A DNA stretch of 63,180 bases, counting the filler, from Octopus bimaculoides (Eukaryota): the NCBI RefSeq assembly GCF_001194135.2. It is 6 parts of 5 records of this genome, joined end to end, with 100 filler letters (N's around TTAATTAATTAA, not from the genome) between each part and the next. Parts side by side here need not be neighbours in the genome. Positions count along the whole stretch, not along the records: positions 18,274 to 28,678 come from NC_068993.1; positions 28,779 to 50,583 come from NC_068993.1; 4 more parts are not named here. One strand, 5' to 3'. Both the position numbers and the translations under genes were made by a program. The notes under the pieces are model-generated. The model was not told the origin of the DNA. It saw only the letters and a list, made by a program, of their open reading frames with translations, and made no database searches. This document shows positions 24,254-37,096 of this stretch, piece by piece; positions within the stretch are counted from its first letter, which is position 1, and the number at the start of each line of letters is the position of its first letter.

Positions 24254-24455
24254 GGCGGCGAGCTGGCAGAATCTTTAGCACGCTGGGCATAATATTTCAC
24301 GGCACAACGTCCGTCTTTGCCTTCTGAATTAAAATTCGAATGAGATCGACTTTGCCTCTCAGGGTCGATAAAATAAGTACCAGTTGAGCATGATGTCAAT
24401 TTAATCGACTTACTTCCTGCCCCGAACCTACTGGCTGTGTGCCAAAATTTGAAAC
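24254..24455 (+). mobile_element. tRNA-derived SINE family B (central domain resembles the Meta domain as recalled)
   Basis: ggcggcgagctggcagaatc...gactttgcctctcagggtcgataaaataagtaccag...tgtgccaaaatttgaaac. Confidence 0.8.
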
Positions 24456-24769
24456 TCTGAACTCTGCTACTACAACCTTACCCATAATATCACCACCACT
24501 CAGTACCATCAACACCGTTTTTACTTCAGTCACTCAGGGCTAAGAACAATATTTCTACTTCTACCATTATTACTAAGACCTCAGCTTCCATGTGGCCATT
24601 CGTCAATGTCTCCATTACCGGTACTACAACTCTTACACATCGTTACCAACACTACCAGTAGTGCTAATCTTATACAGTACCACCGTCACTGAAGAAAATT
24701 ACTTCTACCAACAACACCGCTGACACAACTACACAACTATAACACTAAACCATGATGGACTGCCACAAA

Positions 24770-24995
24770 TCAATTTTTAACAGTACTTTACGGTCATCGT
24801 CATAATGATGATGATTATCATCATCGTCATAGTCATCATTGACATCGTCGTCGTCGTCATCACCATCATCGTTGTAATTGTCATCTTCGTCATCGTCATC
24901 ACCATCGTCATAACCACCATTGCCATCAAAGTCAACGTCATCGTCGGCGTTATCATCTTCATTATCATCACCGCCGCTGTGGTCGTCATCATCAA
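24770..24995. repeat. Degenerate (CAT/CGT)n trinucleotide region
   Basis: Directly visible. Confidence 0.9.
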
Positions 24996-26016
24996 TCGCA
25001 CCTACACTATAACTAAAGATATTGTATCACTTTTAAAAACAATCATGATTGTAAAAGAAAAACAGTCACTCTTATCAGGACCAACGTATTACAATACCAT
25101 CCCGTAGAATGTAACATCCATGATCTCCTTGTACCTGATGAGAAGTTAAAATTAGCATGATCTCCTTGTACCTGATGAGAAGTTAAAATTAGAAAAGTTG
25201 TCTCTGGTTCGATCTTCCATTCGATGTAGAATTTTCCGCTCATACAGCGAAGAGCTATGTAACGCTAATTAAAACTACATCTTCAGAAACCAAATATATC
25301 ATAAACTCCTAAATTCCCAGTGCTTCAAGTTTAGCTATCTATGATAATATAATATACAATAGTTACCACACATTCCAGCAGATGCGAATAAGTATACACC
25401 CACACCCACACAGAGTCTCCACTAATTATAACAAACTGTAATTTCAGAAATTTGATTACTGCCAATTAAGTTGATCTTACTTTTCAGATGCTGTGGTCTA
25501 TATATCCACTTACTCACCATGCGAAGAAATCATGACACTAAACTAGTATGACTGCATGTAGCCACCTGTGTTTCCGTGAGAAACAGTACATAAACAAGTA
25601 GCCAGAAATGAACAAGCTAAAAAAAAAGGGAATTTAAACAACTTGTTAATGAGTTTCAATATTTTAATTACTGGTAACCCAAGGCATGCCACCTAAGGTC
25701 TAGCTGGCCTCACGTGTAATTGCTATCACCAGAGTATCACATAACATAGAATGAAACTAATTGCTTAACAGCTGCCAACATCTTGTCCAGTCTACAATCT
25801 AATAGATCCAGAGTAAAAAAAATGGTGTCGTTATATATATTAGCCAGCAGAATATCGACGCAACGAAACTCAAAATAATGCCTAACTGTGTCAATTTTTT
25901 ATTAAATGCATGTATTATATTACATGTAACTCATACCATATATACCTCTATCTATCTATCTATCTAGCTATCTATCTATCTAGCTATCTATCTATATTAA
26001 TGTCTTTACACACACA

Positions 26017-26077
<61 letters not shown>

Positions 26078-27438
26078 TAAAGAAGAAAACACAGTCGTAT
26101 TACTCGAATGTTGGTTTTTTATTGACCTCGAAATAACGAAACAGATTTTCACGTCGGTGAGATTCGAACTAAGTATACCTAAAGAAATACCGCAGCTTCG
26201 TCGATCAGCACATTGCATGATCTCTGCCAAATGCTATATAGATACACACATACCCACACAAAGGCTATATAGCAGGCACTGTACATTTCTTTAGCTGAAC
26301 TTTTCATGTTCTCGACTCTGAGACTAACTCTGTAGTCCTATGCTAAAATAATTTCACAATACGCAACGCTAGATTGATCCATTATTTCATTAAAACTGAA
26401 TGCATGAAAAACAAAACTACTGTTAAAGGGGGAAAATATTTAATTCTAGAAGCTGAAGATAAACCAGCTGAGCTTATAAAGAATGGTGCAGATAGTGTCT
26501 GATATTGTGACTACGCTAATTCTCAATGTATGGAATTGCTCACATGTTATATAAGGTTAGAAAGATGCGATACTGATTTCACTGACAAAGGCACCAAGTC
26601 AAATTGCGGTAACTTTTATGGTATTTCCTTACCTGCATCTTTTGGTAAGATATTCACCCTACTTTGCTGTTGATATACACCAGCGTTGTCTAAATTTTTC
26701 AATGTGAATTCAGATCTCTGTGAGCGACTACACATAATCCCCCAACCCACAGTATCCATCAAAAAGAAGGATGTGCTGTCTCATTGTTGCCAGGAAAGGT
26801 ACCACTTGTTAATTAACTTCAAGCTTTTGGTAGATCAACCCGGACAGAGCACACTAGACCTACTTGTCCCACACACAAGGGCAACTTCTTTAATCCCTTC
26901 CGCACGTATATACTATAATCCATATTGATCATGCACCCTCACCAATACCACCATAATTGGTTTATTCCAAATACAACGATCGCTGCCGCAAATGTATTTA
27001 TATTCTATCGTATACCCAAGACACTAAACTGATATCGCAGAATATTACATTACAGCCTGTCGCCAAAGTAATGTTAATATTCTTCCACCAATCGGTCCGA
27101 ACACGTGGCTATACATACAAAAATGTACCTAGAGTCCATTTGACATCACGTTGTCGTCCAGTGATTTAAAGATTATAAGTAAAATAAAATAACCTTATCT
27201 TTTGAAGTTAAGGCAGAATATCTGATTCTCATCCTTTGTTCTATTTTCTTACTCCCAATACAACCCCTTCTTTACCCAAGCTTCCCCCACTTCCTGTCAC
27301 CCTAATGATTTTACCTGTATAAACTAGTAACTAGGGTAAGTAAATCATTTTTTGGCTGAAGCTAGCGAGGAATCTTGAAGTGACACATAATGTTGATTCT
27401 TGGAACGTTTTTCTTTTTAAAAGATTATTCTGTGTATA

Positions 27439-27508
27439 TTCCCCCTGATGAAAACGTTTCATAAAAATTACAATTCATGAAAAACTCTTATGAAACAGCT
27501 GTAGTGAA
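27439..27508 (+). ncRNA. Degenerate Penelope-type hammerhead motif
   Basis: CUGAUGA at 27445-27451, internal uuucau/augaaa stem, GAA-ACAGCUGU-A at 27492-27503 (palindromic stem III); stem I and the base of stem II are imperfect. Confidence 0.55.
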
Positions 27509-27526
27509 CGAATCAATTTCTCTCTC

Positions 27527-27586
<60 letters not shown>

Positions 27587-27716
27587 CACTCACACACACA
27601 CACGCACATACATACATACATACGTACATACTTTCTCACTGTTCTCGGTCTGTTAAAGGCCAGGTGTTCAGACGGTTGCTATATCCTTGTTGCTTATTTT
27701 GATTTTAATCACCTTA

Positions 27717-27915
27717 TATGTAAATAAATAAAAGCTAATTATAAATTAATAATGAAATAAAATAAAAAGAAATAGTGTATAGTAATGCAACTAATCAATC
27801 AATGCAGTATGCAAAAAAACTATGAAGTGGTATTAATTTTAAAGGCTCTGGTAAAGTATTTTATTTTATTTTATTTCATTATTAACTTATAATTAACTTT
27901 TATTTATTCACATAT
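27717..27915. repeat. AT-rich inverted repeat (~58-bp arms, ~85-bp spacer)
   Basis: tatgtaaataaataaaagctaattataaattaataatgaaat... vs ...atttcattattaacttataattaacttttatttattcacata. Confidence 0.75.
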
Positions 27916-28825
27916 TTATTAAACATATAATAGTATCTCAAGTTTTTCAAACTTAGCATATGTAAAACAATAATGATACATTATTCTGATTAATGAAAAC
28001 TACGAATAAACATTTACTGTACAAAATATAGCAACTTTATTTTATATACTTTTGACCTAGGTGCCTTATGTTAAAACTTCCCTTGCTCCATTATAAACTG
28101 GTCTGCTAGTAGAGAAAACACCCCCACCTATAGTAGTTTGTCACTAAAGCCAAAGAAATTTTATAACCATATCATCCATGTATATTGTTTACCCCTTTCC
28201 CTTTCCCTATAAAGAAAATGCCAGTGCCCTCTTAAGCTTCAAATCACTAGGTCTGATAAGATGATCCATAAATAAAAAAAAACAAAACAAATAAAATCAG
28301 TGACAGTTAAAAATCTGCTTAGAGTTAATTACTAGCCTGTATCGTCTGGCTAAGTCAAAATGTTTTTTTTTGTATTCTTTCTTTCTACTTGGAGAATTTA
28401 AATGTGGTTACAAAAATATGACCTGTTAAAATGAAATTTCAGTAAATTTCTATGTCTTTGTGCAGCTGAGGATTGCCCTGCATTTTATATTTGACGTAAT
28501 GTTCACATTGCTTAATTAAATGGAGTCGCATGAAACGATCGTACTGCATTAACTTTGGATATCCTTGTTGCTTATTTTGACCTTAATCACCTTATTTTGA
28601 AACTGTATGGGTAATACCATACTTAATTCTGAGACCTAAATTTAAGTACCATATTCACCTTGAATATATATATATATANNNNNNNNNNNNNNNNNNNNNN
28701 NNNNNNNNNNNNNNNNNNNNNNTTAATTAATTAANNNNNNNNNNNNNNNNNNNNNNNNNNNNNNNNNNNNNNNNNNNNGCAGAGATGTCAGACAAATATA
28801 CGGTCCTCTCCCTCCTTTTTTCTCC

Positions 28826-28877
<52 letters not shown>

Positions 28878-29099
28878 CTTTCAGTCACTCACTCAATCTC
28901 CCTATCTCACGAGCCATGTGTCTTAGTAGACGTTGCTATTTATTCATAAATGCGATATGTCTGATTAAAGAAAAAAAAAATCCTGAATATTTTACGTTTA
29001 TATAATCTTCTGTAAATAATCCGAAGCTCGCCGAAATAATTTCCTTTTAAATATTTCAACTGTCAAATGTAACTAATATGCTGTCTTTCGTCTTTTTAT

Positions 29100-29840
29100 C
29101 TTTTACTTGTTTCAGTCACTGGGCTGCGGCCATGCTGGAGCATCCCCAGCTCTAATTTTTACGCGTGGTACTTATTCTATCGGCTTTCTTTCTCTTGAAC
29201 TGTTAAGTTACGGAGAGTCGATTACATCACCTACAGTGCTCAACAGGGGCTTAGTTTATTGATCCCGAAAGAACGAAAGGTAAAGTAAACTAAAATAGAA
29301 TTGGAACGCAGAACGTAAAGCCGGAAATTTCCGCTATGCAATTTGTCCGACGCGCTTACAATTCTGCTAGTTCGCTGCCATATTGACGTCAATAAAATCG
29401 GTTTCAAATTTTAGCACAAGGCTTGCTAGTTTCGGTGGGGTGGGGGTAAATCGATTACATCGACCCCAGTGTCCACTTGGTACTTATTTCATCGATCCCG
29501 AAAGAATGAAAGACAAAGTCGACCTCGGCGGAATTTGAAATCAAAGAGGTACGAAATGCCGATAAACAATTTGTCCGACGCGCTTACGATTCTGCCAGTT
29601 CGTTGCCTTATCGATAATAATATTGTTTTCAAATTTTGGCACAAGGCCAGCAAGTTCGTTGGAAAGATTAAGTCAATTACTTCGACCCCAGTACGCAACT
29701 GGTACTTATTTTATCGACCCCGAAAAAATGAAAGGCAAAGTTAGCCTTGGCGGAATTTGAGCTTAGAACATAAAGTCGGACGAAATGCCAATAAGCAATT
29801 TCTCCGGCTTGCTTACGATTCTGCCGGCTCGTCGCCTTAT
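29100..29840 (-). mobile_element. Three head-to-tail SINE family B copies; the leftmost is fused to a family A-type tail
   Basis: Units about 29230-29380, 29400-29605, 29625-29838; 29100-29230 matches the family A 3' end (ttttacttgtttcagtca...gcggccatgctggagca). Confidence 0.8.
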
Positions 29841-30477
29841 CTATAATAGTATTAATCGGAAAGATTAATAGATGCATCCTTTATATATAAAGACAAAACG
29901 GATGCAGTGGTCTAACTCAGTTGGAGCCAGTATATAAATAATTCATAATCAGTCTAGACATATATGTGCAACAACGCCAAGAGAAGCACAACTCGTTAGC
30001 GATACCACAAAATGAAACAAAAAAATATTCTCCTTACATAAGAGAAACAAAACATAGATACAAAGAAACATGCCGACTAACCACTTACCAAGATATTTAC
30101 CAGGCAAAACGAAGACGTTAAGCCGTACATACGTCAGATAACACAAATATAGCCGAAAGATGGGAAAGGGCAAAAGAATTAAGGCGACAAGTTTACACTT
30201 CGTAAGAACCACGTCTGAAATAAGCCTCAGTCACAATAGAACCGCCTCTATAACTCTAAAAGCTTTAAGAATGGTAATAAAGAGAAAATTGGTGCCGTCT
30301 TTCAAAGAAATTGCTCGTTGTTTAATGTGCATCATGTGATAATCGAAACTTCTCATATGAACCCAAATCTAAATTGACGAAGTCGGAAGTTTCACATTTA
30401 AAATAACATATATAACCACATATGTGCATGCAAATATACATTCATACACACCTATGTATGTTAGCGTACCTACACCT

Positions 30478-30595
30478 GAAGGTGCGTAGCCTGCTGCTTA
30501 GGGTGTTGCACTCATGATCGCTAGGTCGTGTGTTCGATTCCAAGACTGAGTGGCACGTTGTTGATCAAAACACTTCATTTCACGTTGCCCCGATT
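30478..30595 (+). mobile_element. SINE family D 5' part
   Basis: tRNA-like head with gttcgattcc; aacacttcatttcacgttgc. Confidence 0.6.
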
Positions 30596-30974
30596 ACTGC
30601 ACTCTCCAAGCATAAAGTTTGAACTGTCTTCCGCCTAATTCCTGTATTCATTAAATCACACACACACACACACACACACAACAATAACAAGAATAATAGA
30701 GAACCGTGTTTTGGCAGGTTGTTATTGTTTGTGTTTTTGCTTTTGTTGTTTTTTATTCCTCGTGTCAACCTTGGCCGAGCGGAACTACAATCAAAAGCAT
30801 TCCAGGCGTGACTATCGTTTCTTTCAATCAGACATATTATATCCAGAACAACGTTATCAAATATGTCCTTCACTTTTTTAAGGCCGGACGTGATTTAAAG
30901 GCAGGATCTGTTTTAAGGCAGGATGTGATTTAAAAGTAAGTTAGCTGGTCTTTACAGCAGGCTTCGTGGAGTGT

Positions 30975-31092
30975 AGGACATTTACCCCCCATGGACAATA
31001 ACCCCCAACGACCCCTAAGGACAACAGATGATGATTTAAAACTTCTTAATGTATTGGAGAGGGAGAAATTAACCAAGGAGGATAATTGTCCT
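30975..31092. mobile_element. Possible short MITE remnant (16-bp imperfect TIR)
   Basis: aggacatttacccccc / ggaggataattgtcct (13/16 match); no TSD seen. Confidence 0.35.
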
Positions 31093-32254
31093 GATATGGA
31101 CTTAGAGAGCGCGTAGAAGCTTCTTGGATGACTAATGGAAACGGCTCTTTGTTTGGCGTACTCTGATGAGGTACTCTACTGATGTTCTCTACTGAAGTAC
31201 ACTGAATTCTTAATACCATAAAGAAGGTTTATGTTCCGATTTTTAAACGTTTTGGGTTTGAGGCATAATACTGTGGCCATCCTCTACGAAAGCTTAGGTT
31301 TGGTCTGGAACGACAAAAGTATTTTTAGTTCGTAAAAAGAAATCAGTTAACGCGTTTGTTTTTGTTATTAACTCGAATAGGTTTTAAACTGTCATTAAGA
31401 GGCCATTATCATATTAACTGTGATGTTATTAATGAAGAGGCGAACGGTGGAGTGGGAGTGAGGAGGAAGGAATTCAGATTTCGCCATCTCATTAACATCG
31501 TCGTTTGTCACAATGTCCCTTCCTCTTCTTCTTCTTCTTCTTCTTCTTCTTCTTCTTCTTCTTCGTCGTCGTCGTCATTGACATCGTTATCAACAACATC
31601 ATAATCATTGTTATTAACATCAATAATAGCAAGTTGTCCATCCTATCTGGTTCGTCCATGCCCTGTTGAATAGGATGGGTTACCAAAACAGAATTGCACC
31701 AGTTGTTCCTCCTCTATAATCACCCCAGTATGATTGAAGTGAGTGGGAGGGAAAGCGTGTACGTGGGAAGAAAGATTATGGGATGGATCTTTAGTAAAAA
31801 ACTTGGGAATCTTTTGTAAACAGCAAAAATAAATGGCTTCCGTGCTAAAAAAAATGTTTAATGTTTCCTATATTTATCGTTGTGGGAACTATAAGTAAAA
31901 ATACTGACCGGGCGTCCTTAAGAGAGCGTAGCCCTATCTTGTTTACGAAAATTTCCCTGCTCAAAAGCGAATAAATATATTTGAGTGGTATGCTGAATAT
32001 TGTACGGAGAGCCTCTTACTTAAAAGCCCTTCATAGTTTGAAAAAGAGATTAAAACATCTAACTTGAGCAGCACAGATTAGACCCTCTGTTTCCGGTTTT
32101 AAATCACTTTTAGTCATCCATAGCCATCTCTGTCTGTCTTATCTTCAACATCCCTATGAAATTGTCCATGCATTCTTTTCTTTATCCACCTATTTTCAGT
32201 TTCATTTATTCTCAAGTACTTGTACAGTGCTTTATCTTTGCGATCTTCCATCCT

Positions 32255-32478
32255 ACCAAAGTTCATGAGCTCATCCATGAAAATCCACAGTCACATATAG
32301 AGAAAATTGATAAATAAATACACTATAAAGAAGTATAAAATACAAAGTAAAAATCATAAAATAATAATTATAAAATAGTAATTATAATTGTATTTTATAC
32401 TTCTTTATAGTGTATTTATTTATTAATTTTCTCTATATGTGACTGTGGATTTTCATGGATGAGTTCATGAACTTTGGT
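32255..32478. repeat. Near-perfect inverted repeat: 91-bp arms, 42-nt spacer, 2 mismatches
   Basis: Arms 32255-32345 and 32388-32478 compared base by base. Confidence 0.95.
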
Positions 32479-32593
32479 TCTGTTCTCTAAATTATATATT
32501 TACATACTATATACTGTGAAACTTAATTTAATTTTAATATTTGATAAATTGAATTTAATTGAGTTTTTACCTGTAAATTTGGATTTTTATCCC

Positions 32594-32639
<46 letters not shown>

Positions 32640-34532
32640 GCATATATATATATATGACGGGATTCTTTCAATTTCTGTCTATGATATCCACTTACATGGC
32701 TATAGTAGAAGCCCAAGGTGCCATGCAGTGGGACTGAACCCGGAGATCAGACATTTTCTGGAGTTCAAAACAATGGAATGCAACTTTGATAACATTATAA
32801 GTATCTGGTTACCTTGATGCATCGTCAGAAATCGTGTGGCCAAGAATTTGGTGCATCTTTGAGGGTTTTGAAAAGAAGTTATTTACGAGTAAAGAGGATG
32901 AAGTACAAGATATTAACGAGCAACTTGTAATAAAGATGGCGGCTAATATTGACACAGGGTCTCAAATATCAGTGGGGAGGCAACTCAGACGATTAAGCTG
33001 ACTCCAATATTTTACTGGCGGTTATTTTAACAACTCGGGGGCGATGAGGAACAATACCGACCTTAGGAGAACTTGAACTTGAAACCTAAAAGTACATAGC
33101 TAAACGACAAAAATAGCGCAAGATATTTAATTCGAGAATCTCCATATTATGACAGGCACAACCCTTCATTTACTATTGTAATTATAACTAGAACTTAACA
33201 CAGGTTGGGCTGCGTTTAATGCTCATCCTCTCTTATTATGTTACGTAATTGGCAGAATTATTTGACCCAATAATTGACGAATAAAAACAAAATGGATTTC
33301 TTTTCTGTACAGAAATGATCCATATTTGAATGTATTTTGTACTGCTAATTACTATTGCCACCTCTGTCTAGAAAAAAAATATAGTGTTAGCATGCGTTCA
33401 AGATATACCACAAATAAATTAAAAAATTTACCGGGAGTGTTACATTCCTTGAAGGGAAACAGTTAAATAGTTCAGTACCAAAAAGCAGCGATCTTCAGCC
33501 ATTGTCCGCAGAGTAGGGTAACGTATACAAAGGATGGGCTGAGTTTATGACGTTTTGCTCTTATTTTAGGGCAGAACTGATGCAACATTCTTATCTGAAG
33601 CAATGGGATAGTTTATATGCATAACAATGCAAAATTCCTTCGAACATGAAGAGAAGATAAATATAGTTTGATATAATCAACAGATATAAGGATTTGACAG
33701 GGAGAATAGCTTAGGCTTGTTCTTATAGCTCGCCTTTGAAATTTCTCAAAACGATCTTCTTGGGATAAATTTACTACAGCCCAAGCTGTTGAGGCAAACT
33801 GAAAGTGGGAGACGATGTACTTTTGTATGCTTGTTGAAGTACAGCTTCATCAGGCAGGTAATAAGATATTCGATGGAGTAAAAACAGGTGAGGTGGAACT
33901 GTTTTGAACACATGATCAACGTGACCATTAAATTTGATGACAGCAGTTAGTTAAAATCGCGGTTGCTTGATATCGTTTGCAAACGTAACAAGGGAATTCA
34001 AGAATGTTATGCTTTATAGCGGTTCACCTGATTTAGAAAAAATAAATAAACCAACAGTTTAAGGGCAACTGAAGTGCATGTTCCTGAGAGAAACCTAATC
34101 TGAAATACGATATAAGTCATGCTTCTGTTTACTGTATGGTACCAGCGATAGAAGTACCAGTGATAGAAGTACCAGTGATAACAAACATAACAGCGTCAGC
34201 ATTGATTAAGTCAGCTTCGAAGAAATTAATGTATCAGCAGTGTCATTAATAAACTAAATCAGGTTGGAGCTATTACACTTCACTGAGGTAAGCCAGATGT
34301 GGTGCTACACAAATCAGAGAATGTATTACTGATTTTAACCCTTTGAGGTCTTCTATAAACAAAATTACCTACTCATCAAAAAAACGTGATTACGTATTCT
34401 GTAAGCACGGAGCTTTTATGCAATAGCTGCATGATGTATAATGTAAGAGTATGGAACATTATTTAACAGCCGCATAGCGTATAATACACATATACCAATA
34501 CACATACATACATACATACATACATACATACA

Positions 34533-34568
<36 letters not shown>

Positions 34569-34877
34569 NNNNNNNNNNNNNNNNNNNNNNNNNNNNNNNN
34601 NNNNNNNNNNNNNNNNNNNNNNNNNNNNNNNNNNNNNNNNNNNNNNNNNNNNNNNNNNNNNNNNNNNNNNNNNNNNNNNNNNNNNNNNNNNNNNNNNNNN
34701 NNNNNNNNNNNNNNNNNNNNNNNNNNNNNNNNNNNNNNNNNNNNNNNNNNNNNNNNNNNNNNNNNNNNNNNNNNNNNNNNNNNNNNNNNNNNNNNNNNNN
34801 NNNNNNNNNNNNNNNNNNNNNNNNNNNNNNNNNNNNNNNNNNNNNNNNNNNNNNNNNNNNNNNNNNNNNNNNNNNNN

Positions 34878-35038
34878 TATATATATATATATATATATGC
34901 GATGGGCTTCTTTCAGTTTCCGTCTGCCAAATCCACTCGCAAGGCTTTGGTCGACCTGAGGCTATAGCAGAAGACACTTGCACAAGATGCCACGCAGTGG
35001 GAATGAACCCAGAACCATGTGGTTGGTAAGCAAGCTAC
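34878..35038 (-). mobile_element. SINE family A, 5' half
   Basis: Reverse complement of the family A head/CORE region. Confidence 0.85.
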
Positions 35039-35122
35039 TGAGTAGCGGCACAGGGAAGTTTTTAGTCCTGAGGAGGAAATGAATGGATGGAAAGTGTTGT
35101 TCTAGACTCTCGAGGAAGTGAG

Positions 35123-35330
35123 TCAGAGATCTGCTGAGTAGGAAGAAAGGGTGTGGCAGTTATACTTTTGTGACGGGAGATGCACAGAAGGAAGGGACCT
35201 TATAACAAAACGGGGAAGAGGGTTAGGGAGTATAGGGATTAGAGGAGACTGTCGGGTAGGTATCCGTTGGTGGTTTCTGAATGGGGTAGCGTGTATGTTT
35301 GATCTCAAACATAGCTGTTTGGATGAAGTC
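35123..35330 (-). pseudogene. Possible LINE reverse-transcriptase fragment
   Basis: RIPTRQSPLIPILPN...LSSYSADL loosely matches the GxPQGSxLSPxLFN...YADD motifs. Confidence 0.4.
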
Positions 35331-37054
35331 TTACTTGGTGACTAACTGTCGTGATACGTCTACGCACGTAGCATATACGCATACAGACACATTTATATAC
35401 GTGTAAGTATGGGGTGGGGGTGGGGGTCATGTGTATGTGCGCGTGCGCGTTTGTGTGCGCGTGTGTAAGCATGTGTAAGCATATGTCTTCTCTTGTCAAC
35501 ATTTCTTACTGTGAACTCCCCTTTGTAAATTGGTGTCATTTCTTTATTTGCACTCGGACACAATCACAAAATGTCACATTCACGAAAAGCAAAACAAATA
35601 CACACACATATATGCGTATGCAAAACCCCATACAAAGTTGCATATATATATATATATACATACAGACGTGCTCACACACACACACATTCACAAACACACA
35701 GAGACTCACACGCACACACATATATACACACATATGCACATGTACACGTATGTGTATTCATATATATATATANNNNNNNNNNNNNNNNNNNNNNNNNNNN
35801 NNNNNNNNNNNNNNNNNNNNNNNNNNNNNNNNNNNNNNNNNNNNNNNNNNNNNNNNNNNNNNNNNNNNNNNNNNNNNNNNNNNNNNNNNNNNNNNNNNNN
35901 NNNNNNNNNNNNNNNNNNNNNNNNNNNNNNNNNNNNNNNNNNNNNNNNNNNNNNNNNNNNNNNNNNNNNNNNNNNNNNNATATAAGTATATATCTATATT
36001 TATATTATATATATGTATACACACACAGACACACAGACACACAGACTGCTTATCACCAATAGAGATATGCATGATTTAAGAAGACTGATATTGTTTACGA
36101 AAATCTTCAAGTACGGAAGTGGCTGAAGGATTTATTAATATATACCATCTTCTAATTAGGGTTCCTTTGACGACAATATTTCCTTATCTAACATATTATC
36201 TTAGACAATTCCGACATAATGTGGGTTACTCTTAAACACAATTCTTTAAATACATTTTTCCAAATCTTGTCAAACTAATGACGATAAATATGGCGGAAAA
36301 TTAAGTGACCCTATTGACCTTAACCTCTTTAAGGTTTGAAGTCCGTGAGATTAAATTTCCTCCTCTGGAGGAAGTCTCAGATTCCTAAGCCCACAAACAT
36401 CAATCCCTTATAAAAGCCCATAGCCCCATCAAATAGCTGGTTACTATTTCGTTTTACGCAAACACTGTCACCAAAAGATAATAAAGACTTGCTGACTTGC
36501 ATGAGAAGATCGATTTCAAGGTCATAATGGAGATAGAATTTCTACCAAAATCTAAAGCAGAAAGAACTTAAAAATAGAAGGAAAGAATTCAACAATATCA
36601 AACAGTATTTTTGCAACTGTGTTTATTATTTGTTTAAAACAACTATAGTGGAACTCTCTTTTCCTAAAGGTAAATTAGTGACTCGACGAATATTTGCTAT
36701 AGCTGTGTCTAAAATACAATTATTTACAATACCTAGTCTGCTTATTACTGGGTTAACAAAGCTGCACTCGTTGCCAGTTAAGGCACTGTTTACGTGATCC
36801 TTAAAAGTAATTTGGAGTACTTGGGGTGCTAAACATGGTCGGTCATCTATTTTAAGCTTCCTGGTTAATATTTGGGCTTCTCCATTAACGTTACGTATGC
36901 ATTGGTCCTTGCTCGTCTGAATGTACTTGTAACGACTGTGAGAAAGACGTTCGCTGTGTGCAGAGGTATGTTTGTCTCATAGGAGTGAGCGTTCGAGTGT
37001 TTTTCTGGCTTTTTTATTAAACGTTCCTGAAAGGTATTTGTGTGAGACTGAAAT

Positions 37055-37096
<42 letters not shown>

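Noticed and set aside
29230-29860. CRISPR-like repeat-spacer array
   Set aside because: Eukaryotic context; units are ~200-bp tRNA-derived SINEs and no cas genes are present.
31160-31210. CTGATGAG motif with a following stem (also CTGATGA at ~33850 minus, ~56088, ~62650)
   Set aside because: No GAAA/stem III or stem I can be formed; the last lies within mariner coding sequence.
34140-34181. Short tandem duplications (15-bp here; 11-bp at ~54186 and ~57633; ~60-bp diverged at ~60270-60375)
   Set aside because: Ordinary slippage products with no further structure.
36626-36979. 116-codon start-less minus-strand open frame, and a plus-strand Cys-rich stretch (CIGPCSSECTCNDCEKDVRC) ending at AG|GTATGT
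   Set aside because: No recognisable domain; the length is within chance expectation; the Cys-rich frame has an upstream stop and no usable acceptor or ATG.
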